Source of the DNA: Marsupella aquatica
Lineage: Eukaryota; Plantae; Marchantiophyta
Direction: 5' to 3'
DNA length: 64,000 nucleotides
Assembly: GCA_973895155.1 (NCBI GenBank)
Contig: OZ316899.1
Location: 5,335,241 to 5,399,240 of the forward strand
Shown here in pieces: positions 1 through 11,387 of this stretch. Under the pieces are notes generated by a model. That model saw only the letters and a program-made list of their open reading frames with translations, was not told the DNA's origin and ran no database searches. Every line of letters begins with the position of its first letter. The stretch's first letter is position 1. A program made the translations under genes and the position numbers.

Positions 1-824
1 TCCCGATCGGGCCTGGGTAGTGCCACTGCCGTTAGTAACGGGCCCGGGGTGGCCATGGTCACCATGTTGTCTGCCGGGGCCGCTCCTGGGGTCAGAGCAG
101 GGGGTGGGGACGATATAGTGTCGGCCCCTTGAGCGCTTGTTCCTCTGGGCCGCCTGGTCAAGGGTGGGGTAGCCTCGTCGTCATCGCTAAGATCCACAAC
201 GTTGATGACGGAGCGTACTTGTGCTGGCTGGGCGATCGGTGGTGGGGTTTGGCTAGGCTGCGGCTGAGGCTGAAGCTGAAGCTGAGCCTAAGGTTGAGCC
301 TGAGGTTGAGCCTGAGGTTGCATGGGTACGGGTACGGGTTCGACTGAGTTGGTCATGTTGGTTGATGGCCGAGTTCCCATGAAGCTCTGTAGGTGCTGGT
401 AGAAGTTCTCCGAAGCGAGTGCAGACGACCTTGTCGAACGGGTAGTGTTGGACTCGCTGTTGATGATAGCCCGAACCTGAGCAGGGATGTGGTCGAAGTG
501 ATGTCGTTGCAAGTCGATCGTACCCGGGATATTGAAGACCTCGTCCGGAAGCCGAAGCAATGCTTCCCAGAAACCGATATATTTGTCTCCGTTGAAGAAG
601 TACCCAGATACCTCTGCTGGTCGGTAAAGCTTGCTCTGAGACGGGTAGTCAAAGTTAAGGATGTAGTGGTGTCGTCTTGCTAGGCGGAGGGCTCGCTCGT
701 ACTCGCGTTCGATTTCGTATCGGCACGGGTTGGCGTGTTTCAATGAGTCGGCCAAGTGCCTTCCGGTAGATAGGAACTGCATCCAGAATCGAATGGCCGA
801 GCTGGAGAGGATCGTGTGCGACAT
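1..824 (-). pseudogene. N-terminal part of the LTR-encoded accessory gene (3' LTR copy)
   Basis: ORF 288..824 (MSHTILSSSAIRFW...). The TAG at 288-290 is a CAG>TAG change in a QAQP repeat and the frame continues to the window edge. Confidence 0.8.
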
Positions 825-1287
825 TCAGAGGAGATAGTAGTGGCGACTTAGAGCGAACAAGAGAGCTGGGGTTGAAGCTGGCGCGTGGACTGATGGACTG
901 GTGCACTACAAAGGGTTGGCTCCCCTTTTATACCTTGAGGGCTCGATCCCCCGACGTCTCCTTGACACCCATAGGCTGAACCGCTCACTCTTGTGGTGTA
1001 CCGGCCACTCCGCCAGTCTGAGTCAGCGCGTGTCAGTGGCCGCTTCTTAAGTACGTTATACGGACCCGAGGGAGGGGCCCCTCCACGCTCGTAACCCGGG
1101 TGTGCGAATAGCGACCCGCCGCCAGTCCGAACCTGAATTCCCCCTTATTGCCTAATGATGTCCTACCCATAATGATTACCTAAATACTATCGTTATGCTA
1201 ATAATAGCGGCCTAAGACACTCGTAACGCGCGTGCTAAGCGCAGTTAGACCGAATCACTCATTAACCGCCGTACTGGTGGCGTCACA
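1..1287 (-). repeat. 3' LTR (partial, cut by window edge)
   Basis: Roughly 97% identical by eye to 10107-11378. Begins TGTGACGCC on the minus strand at 1287, exactly where homology with the other copy stops. Confidence 0.93.
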
Positions 1288-4200
1288 TAGCTCCCTGCTT
1301 AATTGTGAAGCGTCCTCGCGAACATCACTCTCGGCGTCGTCATCTTGATGGTGGTACTTTTTTACACGATCGTAGCTGATTCACGTGGGGAGTAAATCAC
1401 CGACATACGTTGCAAGCTCCAAAGATCCGTTACGGTAGATCTGATTGACAAGGAAGGGCCCTAACCACCGGGTATGAAGCTTCCCTGGAAACTGCATGTA
1501 CCTACTATCGTACAGAAGGACTAGATCGCCTGCCACGACGTCGACCCTCCGTAGTCCTTTGTCGTGCTGCTTCTTCGAAGTTGCCTGTTTCTTCACGGCG
1601 TGTCGAGCTGCTAGTAGCCGTGCTTCTTCCAAGGCTTCAATCTGATAAGCTCGGTCTGATGAACTTTCAGATTCAGGTAAGCGATCCCGAATGCTGACCC
1701 GTGGAGTGTGTACTTCAAACTCGACGGGCACCAACAAATGTTGGCCAAACACAAGAAAGTACGGGCTATGACTCGTAGTAGTTTTGTAAGCTAGATTATA
1801 CGAGTACACCGCTGCGTACAACTTATCATCCCAATCCGTTTTGTGCGCAGCTACAATTTTGTTGAGGATCTTCCCAATGATACCATTTGCTCTCTCCACC
1901 ATCCCGTTGGCTTTAGGATGATACGGGGTAGTCTTGCGGTGCTTGACTAGGTAACGCTCCGTAAGCTGGGCTACGGTATCATTGAGGAAGTGGGTTCCAC
2001 GGTCGCTTACCAATTCTAAGGGCGGGCCGAATCGGGTGGAAATCTGTTCATATAAGAATGTGGCACTGGTTGCGGCGTCGTCCTTTACCGTAGCCCGCGC
2101 TTCGACCCACTTGGTGGAGTAATCAATAGCTAGTAGGATGTACCTACATCTTTGCCTTCGGGTAACGGGACTAAACGGCCCGATATAATCAATTCCCCAT
2201 TTTTCGAATGGTGCCAATGGAAGCACAGATGTGAGCGGGTGATGATGAGCCCGCCTCGGGGCCCCAGCTCGCTGACACAAGTCACAGCCCTTAATGAAGC
2301 ACTGTACATCCCGATGCAACGTAGGCCACCAATACCCCGAGTCCAAAATCTTTCGGGCTGTCGTGACCACCGCGAAATGGCCTCTAGCTTCTTCTTCATG
2401 CAGGGCCCGCATCACGATAAGCGTCTCCTTATACTCTAAGCAGCGTCGTAACTTTCCATTAATACCTTCCTTATGTAGGTGACCCTGTATCATGACGTAA
2501 GGCCCGGCGTTCCGTAAAAACACAGCGGTGGCCTCCTGATTGGTGCCGTCAGGGATGCGGCCCGTTAAAAGGAAGGTGATTATTGAGCCGTACCACGTTG
2601 GTATCCCCTCCCCTACGTGGAACAACTCCTCATCCGGAAAAATATCATCAATTGGCTGATCGACTGGTACGCCGTCCAGCCGTGAAAAGAAGTCGGCATT
2701 GAGGTGTGCCTTTCCTGGCCGAACCCAAACTTCGTAGTTAAATTCCTGGAGAAGTAGCACCCAACGGGCTATCCGTCCCGTTACGTCTGCTTTGTTGACC
2801 ATGTACTTCAGGCTGTCGTGATCCGTGTGGAAGATGACCTTGTAGCCGAGCAGATAGTGTCGGAACTTCTTACATGAGTAGATTATGCCCAGTGCCTCTC
2901 GATCCGTGGGGGAATAATTTTTTTCGGCTGTGAATAATTGACGGCTAGCGAAGTAGATGGGGTGATTGCGTCCGTCCGTATCAAGCTGACTAAGCACGGA
3001 CCCGATACAGAACCCTGACACGTCGACATACACGTGGAACTCCTTGTTCCAGTCTGGAGTGACCATGATAGGTGCGGTGGTGAGTCTTTTACGGAGTTCT
3101 TCGAAAGCAACCCGTCTCCTTGGGGTCTCCTCGATCACCGCGTCCTTTTTCAGCATCTCTGTTAAGGGCAAAGCTATTTTAGCAAAATCTTTAATGAACC
3201 GACGGTAATACCCTACGTAGCCCAAGAAGGATTGTACTACTTTTTGATCCACGGGGAACACCACTACCATCCAGGCCGCAACTTTCTCTTGGTCCACCTC
3301 AATGCCCCGTTTGGACACACGATGCCTGAGTAACACCCCTTCCTCTACCCCGAAGAAGCATTTGGCGGGATGTAGTTTGAGGTTAACATCTCGGCATCGT
3401 TGCAACGTTCGTCTTAGGTGTTCGGGGTGCATGGCAACGGTTCCGAAGATGGCAAAGTCATCGATAAATATCTCCAAAAATTCCCGTAGGAAATCGTGGA
3501 AGATATTCATCATAAGGCGCTGAAACATGGCCGGGGCGTTACACAGACCGAAAGGCATCCTCCGAAATGCAAAAGTCCCCCACTCCGTAGTGAAAGTTGT
3601 TTTGAGCTGATCCGCGAGGCGAATCCAGATTTGGTTATAACCTGAATACCCGTCAAGAAATGTATAGATTTCATTTCGGGCTACCATATCTAGAACCATA
3701 TCCGTGAATGGTAATGGGTAATGGTCTTTTCGGGTTGCGTCGTTCAGCTTACGGTAGTCCTGACAAATACGAATCTTAGGTTTTCCATCCGTACCTCCCT
3801 TCTTTGGTACAATGACAATGGGAGAGACCCAGTCGTTGGCCATTACCGGGTAGATGATATCGGCGGCGAGGAGACGATCAATTTCCTCCTTCACTAAGAT
3901 GGAGTACCTCGGGTTCATGCGACGTTGTCGCTGCCGTACCGCATGGGCTCCTAGATTCAGATCGATCGTGTGTTCTCCCAACTCGGGGGAGATGCCTGTT
4001 AAATCATGATGACTCCATGCAAACACATCTTCATATTCCTTGAGCAAAGCTTGGATGGATTTTTCAGCCTTCCCTGTCAGAGCGTGGCCCAGGTTAAAAG
4101 ATTTGTCCATCCCAATGGTGTACTTCCGGTAGTGCTCCTTCCTGATGACTTCAACCTGGTTTTGCAGGCTCGGGTCCAGGCTCGCATCAAGCTCAGCTAA

Positions 4201-7200
4201 CCGAACTCCTCCGTACATGGGTGGAACCGGGATTGGTCTCGGGATTGGAGTTACTTCCTCCAATTGCGGAATGGACGGATCCCATGAGACTCGTTTCTTA
4301 TGTCTCGGTCTTGAGTTTTCGGCCTCGGGCGGTTGTTGGACTGGTTCGTGGTTACGAGGCTCTGCAATGGTAGAAGCAGCCTCGGCTCCCTGCTTAGCTG
4401 GAGCCCTGTCCTCCGTCTCGACGAGTTGTTCATGCGTTTCCTCATCCCCGGTAGTAGATGTGCTTGGGGTGGACTCAATGGCAGCCCTCGGGTAATTTAG
4501 GAGATGTGTTTCGCGGGTTGCTTCAACTCCGAAGACATCTTCCTCGGACAGGGACGAGATGAGTTCAATCATATTGAGTTCCTCTTCCTCCGAGGTCTCC
4601 AAATCATATTCCTCGGGTCCTTGTGGGGTTTCTCCCTGATAATCGTCCATTGCCCATGATATCCGTACGGTGGGTTCCCCGAACCGTAGCTCCTTCTTTC
4701 CCCAATCCGTGACTACGCGGCCACCGTACAGCCACGGCCTGCCCAGAAGAACCGGGTAAGAGGAGGGACGAACCGGCCTCATAACTAGGAAGTTGAGATA
4801 GAACTCCACCCCTCCCACCAGAGTGAGCACTCGTGTGAGCGTGCCTAATGGGAGGACCCTTGCCCCGTTTGCTAATCTGATAGCTCAGGCTGTGGGTTGA
4901 TACGTGAGGTATCCTAACTTGACTGACGTTTCTTCAATCATGATGTTGACTCCCGCTCCTCCGTCTACAAGAACCATCTTGATGGTACAATTATTAATTT
5001 CAATCGAGATGTCCGGCGCTCCAAGGTCCTCGCATATCATGTTGCAGTCCGCGATCCCAACTTGGGGTAGTCTCCTCCTTCGGCGACCCATGAGCAACTC
5101 CCTTAGTTGCCGTCTGTACTGTGGGTTGTTCTGCAGCAGTTGCCCCACTGTCGTTGTAACCGGGCAACTCTTCACGTCCTCCTTAATATCATAGTCCTCC
5201 TTCGTTTCTTCCTTTGGCTGCTGCTTGGCTTCCTCTTGTTTATCTTGCTTTTCTTGCTCCTGTCGCCGGGCTGTCTCGGCTGCTTTGATGTCCTTATCGA
5301 TTGCCTTCTGGTATTCCCGAGCTTCGTAAGCCTCCAGCTGTTTCTTTACCAATTCTTTGATGCGGGGGAAAAATAGCTTCGGGTCATCCCGTTGGTAGTC
5401 ATCGTCCTTCTCCGGGGGTATATCTATCACTGGCTGCACCGGAGTAGTATCTTGCTTTTTCCTGCGTTTCTCCTCCTGCTTCTCTTCCTTCCGTTCAGCT
5501 CTTGTTGACACACGATAGCACTCAGCCTCGTCAGATGGATTAGGGTGTTCCGCCACGTCCACCAGATTCACCCACTTGGTGTTGTCATCTTGCCATTCTA
5601 CAGCAATCATTTGGACGACTGCATCGCTCGTGGCCGGTCTAGCTGCGCTCGTTCGAGCAGCGATTACCAACAGACAATTGGCCGTGGAATGAGCCTCCGT
5701 TTTGCAGACTTGACATAGTGGGGTGCCTCGGCCATCTCCTTGACGTCTTGGTTCGGTGCATTCCCTCGCAAAGTGTCCTGGCTTTTCACAGTTATAACAA
5801 ACCAGGGATCGCCAAATCCTTGGCTTAGGAGGGATGCTCGGGTTACTGATAACCTGGAAACTCCGGCCATTGTTTGGGTAGGGGTACGCAGTTCTACCCG
5901 CTAAATTACGCGGACCTATCGTTGAAATCTGGTACACGGAATCAGGAGGGTCCTCAAAGAAATACTCCGTGGACTCCGATTCGGGACCCGGGTTGTCAAC
6001 ATCATCCAACTCTACTTGGTGAACTTGGTTCTTCCACCTTGGGCATTCCTGCACCACATGGCCGGATTGGAAGCACTTTGAACACCACGCATGGGCTCGA
6101 ATCTCAGATGGCTTCTTCTTCTCCACCGGCTTTTCCGCAAGATGTACTGACAGTGCTTTGAGTCGATCCGTGATTTTGTTCAGCTTGTCTGCTTCGGCAG
6201 CCTTTGGATCTGGTATCGTTCTTCGCGCCTGGGGTTTGATCTTCCCCTCCTTCTTCACTTGTCTCTTCTTCTTTTTGCTCCGGCTTCCACTCTCCGAGTC
6301 ACTTCCTGATGAACTGGAGGTAGAGGATCCGGTGCTTGAAGCTGAATCCAAACTGGATTCCGTCTCCAAGCTGGACGAGGTCGAACGATGTTTCTTCTTC
6401 TTCTTGCATTTCTTCTTCCTCTCGTCGTCCGATTTGGAGTCACTGTCACTGAAGGTCTCGTACTTACCCTTCTTGCGGCGTGCTCACTGGCTCCGCCGGG
6501 AGTTATAGGTGGACTCCCGGTAAGTTTCGGCGCACGCTATGGCCGCCTGCATTGAAATTGGATTATTTTGGCGTACCCAGAATTGCATATTCGTGGGCAA
6601 ACCATGAAGGAACCATGTAAGCTGGAGCGCATCTCCCGGCCTGGGCCGGATCTTGGCCGCAAGTTTCTGAAACTTCTGAATGAACTTCCGCAGGGACTCC
6701 TTCTTTCCCATGCAAAGCTGGCCAATCTTTAATAGAGAACGTTGTTCTAATCCAATGGCACGAAACTCCTACAGCAATGCAGCTTGGAATTGTGCCCATG
6801 TAGTCCCGGGTGGCAACGAGTTGTACCATGGACGAGCTTCTCCCCGCATCACTCCCGAGAGGACGGTTAGCTTAATGGCGTCTTCCCCATTAGCTTTAGC
6901 AGTGGCTTCAAACTCATCCAACCATTCATCCGGATCATCCCCATGACGCCCCTTGAAAGGTTGATAATGAAATTGCGATTGTTGCAATATTTGTGGAGGA
7001 GCTTGAGCACCGCGGGCCATCGGTGGAGCGGCTGCCATAGGTGGTGGTGGAGGTGGCGGTGGTGGTGGTGGTGGCGGAGGAACCGCAGCAGGACCGGTCG
7101 AACCGGACCCCGAAGGTCCCGGGGGTATGTTCATACGTCGGGGCGATTGCGAGTCCTCCAAGCCCGAAGAATCAGAACTTGTCATGGTTGCACTTTCTCG

Positions 7201-7251
7201 TTCGCTGGTCAATCTCCTCAAGTAAGCTGCTTGAGAACGAGTGACGGGCAT
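1255..7251 (-). pseudogene. gag-pol: gag-pol polyprotein, one frame of ~1998 codons with 4 premature stops
   Basis: ORFs 6769..7251, 6484..6711, 4885..6369 and 1381..4830 share one frame. Motifs: retrotransposon gag, three CCHC knuckles, protease LVDGGAGVNI, RT FLDGYSGY/FIDD, RNase H, integrase HHCC + DDE + GPF. Confidence 0.95.
1288..1300 (-). other. Polypurine tract
   Basis: Minus strand AAGCAGGGAGCTA directly before the TG of the 3' LTR. Confidence 0.65.
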
Positions 7252-7344
7252 TTACTCATATAAATGCGATGGTTAGTACTACGTCCTGATGTATCCTGCC
7301 TAGGTGAATACGCACATGTCTCCCCTCTACGATATGTAGAGTGC

Positions 7345-7362
7345 CCCCTCCATCTAGCGCCA
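7345..7362 (-). promoter_or_regulatory. Primer binding site, probably tRNA-Asn(GUU)
   Basis: Minus strand TGGCGCTAGATGGAGGGG, complementary with one mismatch to the plant tRNA-Asn 3' end as recalled (..CCCCUCCUUCUAGCGCCA). Lies between the LTR end and the gag ATG. Confidence 0.75.
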
Positions 7363-8270
7363 AAACAAAGGCTATGTCACGTCGTCGGCTGTGGCCTTAA
7401 CTCAAACTTCAGCTTAGACGGGCACATCCCTCGTAAATCTGAGGGTTCGGGCAGGAAGGGAAGCACGTAATGCACCTTATTCTCGTAAACTAGCGCTAAG
7501 TGCGCATACTGCTAAATACGGACACCTCCTAGGTATGGTTTGTGTTCCGCCGCCGGAACATACCTTAGTCGATAGCAGGATCGACCCTGGCTTAAGGGCT
7601 TCTAAGCCTTTGTGCTGTCCGCCTTCGATCCGGATTCGATGATACAGGTCCTCAACCCGTGCTTGCAACCACTTACCCGCAGGCTACACCCTGTGCACGT
7701 CTCGGGTAGTGCGTTCGGCCTGGCGCTGCCACCCATATACGAGAAACCCACACACATACACGCGCACATGCATACAATCTCGATTTACACGAAGGAAAAT
7801 GATGGGAAAGGATTTTACTACAAAGGAAACATATGCGTACACTTAGTTGACCCGACAGCCCCAGAATGAACAGGTTCAAGGCCGAGGGTGCACACTACAA
7901 CGGAGCCCGGCTCCGCACTCGCCCGGCGAGCTTAGTCCTACCCCCTCCCCTTGGTACTCTTTCATTCCCAGAGGTCGGGACTCCCCGCACATACCACAGA
8001 CGTCCAACTCTGCAACTAAAAACCCCCCCTTGCCTCTACCGAGGGGTGCACTAAATACTAAGGGACGAGGGACGGGATGTCCTCTCGCCGAAGATTCGCT
8101 GACTAAGGTCCTAACTAAGCTGACAGTCAGGCCGGAAAACGGCTGTCTTATTAGAAGATCCTAATCTACGCAGGCTGGACAGCATGGCAGCGCTGCTGTA
8201 CCTAAGGCAGGTGCCTGTCCCAAGAGCCTGACTAAGCCAGTCCTAATCCTAATCTATTCCTACTCCGCTA

Positions 8271-10915
8271 CTAATGCCTGGCACGCTTGCCAGAGCCGCT
8301 CGAATGGGAGCGGCCATCCCGCTGCCTTCGAAGCCTGTCATTGTCCGCCTTGAGGAGCTGGACCTGGTCCAGCAGAGATTCATTCTCTCGCCTCGCCGCG
8401 TCCGTCTCCTCTACTGCCTCCTTACATGCCTCCTCCAGCTGCTGGGTGTCGCTCGTCAGTTTACCCGCCAGCTGGTCCTGCTTCTCGGCCTCGGTTTGGA
8501 GCCGCGCCACCTCGGCCTGCAGCGTGGCTATCTCCGCCGTGTCCCGCTGGGCTCGTTCCTCGGCCTCCTCCAGGTCTTTATGCCAGGTGACGGTTTGATT
8601 CTTCAAACTGTCAATCTGGTTCCGGAGTCGTGTAATCTCGGCCTCGTTCCCAGCTTTGGCCTGTTCGGCTAGGGCGGTAAGAGCGTGCGCCTTTGCTAAC
8701 AACTCATCGGCGGCTGCAACCTTGGGTCGTAGTTGCAGAAGCTCAGCCTCTTGAGCTGCAACTTCGTTCTTTAGGTACACGGACTCCACCCGGTACCGCT
8801 CTATCCTCTGAAGGGCCTCTGACTGGGCCCGACCTACCTTTACTGCGGCAACCAACTCCTGATTGAAGAAACAGGCTACCTTCCGGGCCATGAACTCCCC
8901 GGTATCCCGAGCAATTTGATGAGAGAAATCTCCCAGAAGCCCGTTCAGAAATGTACCCGGTACGAAGAGTTCCGGGTGGTCCAGGTTGTGCCTGTCCGGA
9001 GTTGGGCACGGGCAGACGTCAACACGCGCGGGGGCCGGGGCAGTGACGTCCAGCCCTGGGGACGTAACGTTGGAAGGGGCTGGAGTGTCCTCCTGTAGCA
9101 ATGTCCGGTTCTCCGGAATAGCCACCGGTGGGTCTTTGGGAGACCCGGGCTCGGGTAAGAACTCCGTCGTACCAACTTTTGTACTTAGCCCGGCTTGTTG
9201 GGTCGCATCAACGGTTGCGACAACTGACCCATCCGGTACCTCCTCGGTTACGACTACAGCTACTTGTGGAGGTGGGGTGGGTGAAGCTGGCGTGTTCGCT
9301 GGACTTCGGGCCTCGGGTTGGGGCCGTCTCTCCAAGACCGGGAAAACCCACCTAGTTGGGACCAGCTTTGTAACGTTGAGACGGGGAAGGGTTCGTCGAT
9401 CAAACCGGGCGTACTACTCAAGAATGATCTCGATGTGGCTAGCGAAATACACCTTCCCGCCAATGTACAGCATCTTCCTTCGCCGCTCCATCTCTTCATG
9501 GAATTTCTTAGCGAAGTACGACGCCCACTTCCTAGGTCAATAGTTCTCGACCTGGATAACCTAGGCGGCGGAGATCTCCCCCTGGGGTTCCATCATGTGG
9601 AGGGCGTACCTCTGGAACTCCAGTTGCTCAGCTATCTCGGGGATGAGGCAGGTCTTCATCACGAACCCGTTGTCCACTGCTCCCTCTGAGGGAAAACTTG
9701 AAGATTGGTACTTGGCTCCCTTGCCCCCGGGAGCCCGTGATTCGACTCGATGGTCACCTTCGGGTAACCCGAAGATCATCTTGAGCCGTTCTTCCGTGAG
9801 GGACATACTCCTTCCCCGTAGCCGAGTATGTTGACGCGCGTCGTCATAATTCCTGACGAACTCCGTCATGTCCTCCCCGTAGTACCTGCAAGTGTTCCAG
9901 GGGAGGGAGGCGAGGTGCTCGAATCCCTGAGTCTTCAGGTACACCGCATGCTTGGGATGGAGGATGTTTTTGTGAACATTTCCCCCATGCGGTGCATCAT
10001 CACCTTGGCTACGGCTACCGTGGCCAACGGTAACCCGGATGCAGTGGTGGATTCCTTCCTCTTCTTCCCCCGTGACTGGCTTGGGGAAGGTGACACTTCC
10101 CCATCCTCCCAATCAGGCCTGGGTAGTGCCACTGCCGTTAGTAACGGGCCCGGGGCGGCCATGGTCACCATGTTGTCTGCCGGGGCCGCTCCTGGGGTCA
10201 GAGCAGGGGGTGGGGACGATATAGTGTCGGCCCCCTGAGCGCTTGTTCCTCTGGGCCGCCTGGTCAAGGGTGGGGTAGCCTCGTCGTCATCGCTAAGATC
10301 CACAGCGTTGATGATGGAGCGTACTTGTGCTGGCTGGGTGATCGGTGGTGGGGTTTGGCTAGGCTGCGGCTGAGGCTGAAGCTGAAGCTGAGCCTGAGGT
10401 TGAGCCTAAGGTTGCATGGATACAGGTACGGGTTCGACTGAGTTGGTCATGTTGGTTGATGGCCGAGTTCCCATGAAGCTCTGTAGGTGCTGGTAGAAGT
10501 TCTCCAAAGCGAGTGCAGACAACCTTGTCGAACGGGTAGTGCTGGACTCGCTGTTGATGATAGCCCGAACCTGAGCAGGGATGTGGTCGAAGTGATGTCG
10601 TTGCAAGTCGATCGTACCCGGGATATTGAAGACCTCGTCCGGAAGCCGAAGCAATGCTTCCCAGAAACCGATATATTTGTCTCCATTCAAGAAGTACCCA
10701 GATACCTCTGCTGGTCGGTAAAGCTCGCTTTGAGACGGGTAGTCAAAGTTAAGGATGTAGTGGTGTCGTCCTAGGCGGATGGCTCTCTCGTACTCGCGTT
10801 CGATTTCGTATCAGCACGGGTTGGCGTGTTTCAATGAGTCGGCCAAGTGCCTTCCGGTAGATAGGAACTGCGTCCAGAATCGAATGGCCGAGCTGGAGAG
10901 GATCGTGTACGACAT
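8271..10915 (-). pseudogene. LTR-encoded accessory protein (~880 aa): N-terminal globular region, plant-transposon/PMD-like middle domain, C-terminal coiled coil
   Basis: ORFs 10406..10690, 9935..10303, 9561..10112 and 8271..9335 join through C>T stops and one frameshift near 9970. Motif EFVRNY..LRG..IFGLPEG; heptad-rich C-terminus ending GKRARH. Confidence 0.8.
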
Positions 10916-11016
10916 TCAGAGGAGATAGTAGTGGCGACTTAGAGCGAATGAGAGAGCTGGGGTCGAAGCTGGCGCGTGGACTGATGGACTGGTGCACTAC
11001 AAAGGGTTGGCTCCCC

Positions 11017-11023
11017 TTTTATA
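11017..11023 (-). promoter_or_regulatory. TATA box of the LTR (second copy at 926-932)
   Basis: GGTATAAAAGGGGAG on the minus strand ~100 nt upstream of the accessory-gene ATG, identical in both LTRs. Confidence 0.6.
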
Positions 11024-11387
11024 CCTTGAGGGCTTGATCCCCCGACGTCTCCTCGACACCCATAGGCTGAACCGCTCACGCTTGTGGTATACCGGCCACT
11101 CCGCCGGTCTAAGTCAGCGCGTGTCAGTGGCCGCTTGTTAAGTACGTTATACGGACCCGAGGGAGGGGCCCCTCCACGCTCGTAACCCGGGTGTGCGAAT
11201 AGCGACCCGCCGCCAGTCCGAACCTGAATTCCCCCTTATTGCCTAATGATGTCCTACCCATAATGATTACCTAAATACTATCGTTATGCTAATAATAGCG
11301 GCCTAAGACACTCGTAACGCGCGTGCTAAGCGCAGGTAGACCGAATCACTCATTAACCACCATACCGGCGGCGTCACACCACACCCA

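Larger units (their letters stand above)
1..11378 (-). mobile_element. Ty3/Gypsy LTR retrotransposon, non-chromovirus (Athila-like, no additional RNase H). The 3' LTR runs off the left window edge.
   Basis: Two LTR copies (1-1287 matches ~10107-11378), PBS, PPT, and gag-PR-RT-RH-INT order on the minus strand. No chromodomain or aRH seen. Confidence 0.95.
7375..11378 (-). repeat. 5' LTR, ~4.0 kb
   Basis: TG...CA ends with an imperfect 26-nt terminal inverted repeat (TGTGACGCCGCCGGTATGGTGGTTAA vs TGTCACGTCGTCGGCTGTGGCCTTAA). PBS starts 12 nt after the 7375 end. Confidence 0.85.

Noticed and set aside
4885-4887. Programmed gag/pol readthrough stop
   Set aside because: It lies inside the protease domain and is a CGA>TGA-type change like the other stops.
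8271-10915. env-like gene
   Set aside because: No evident signal peptide or transmembrane segment; the protein is hydrophilic and coiled-coil with a basic tail.
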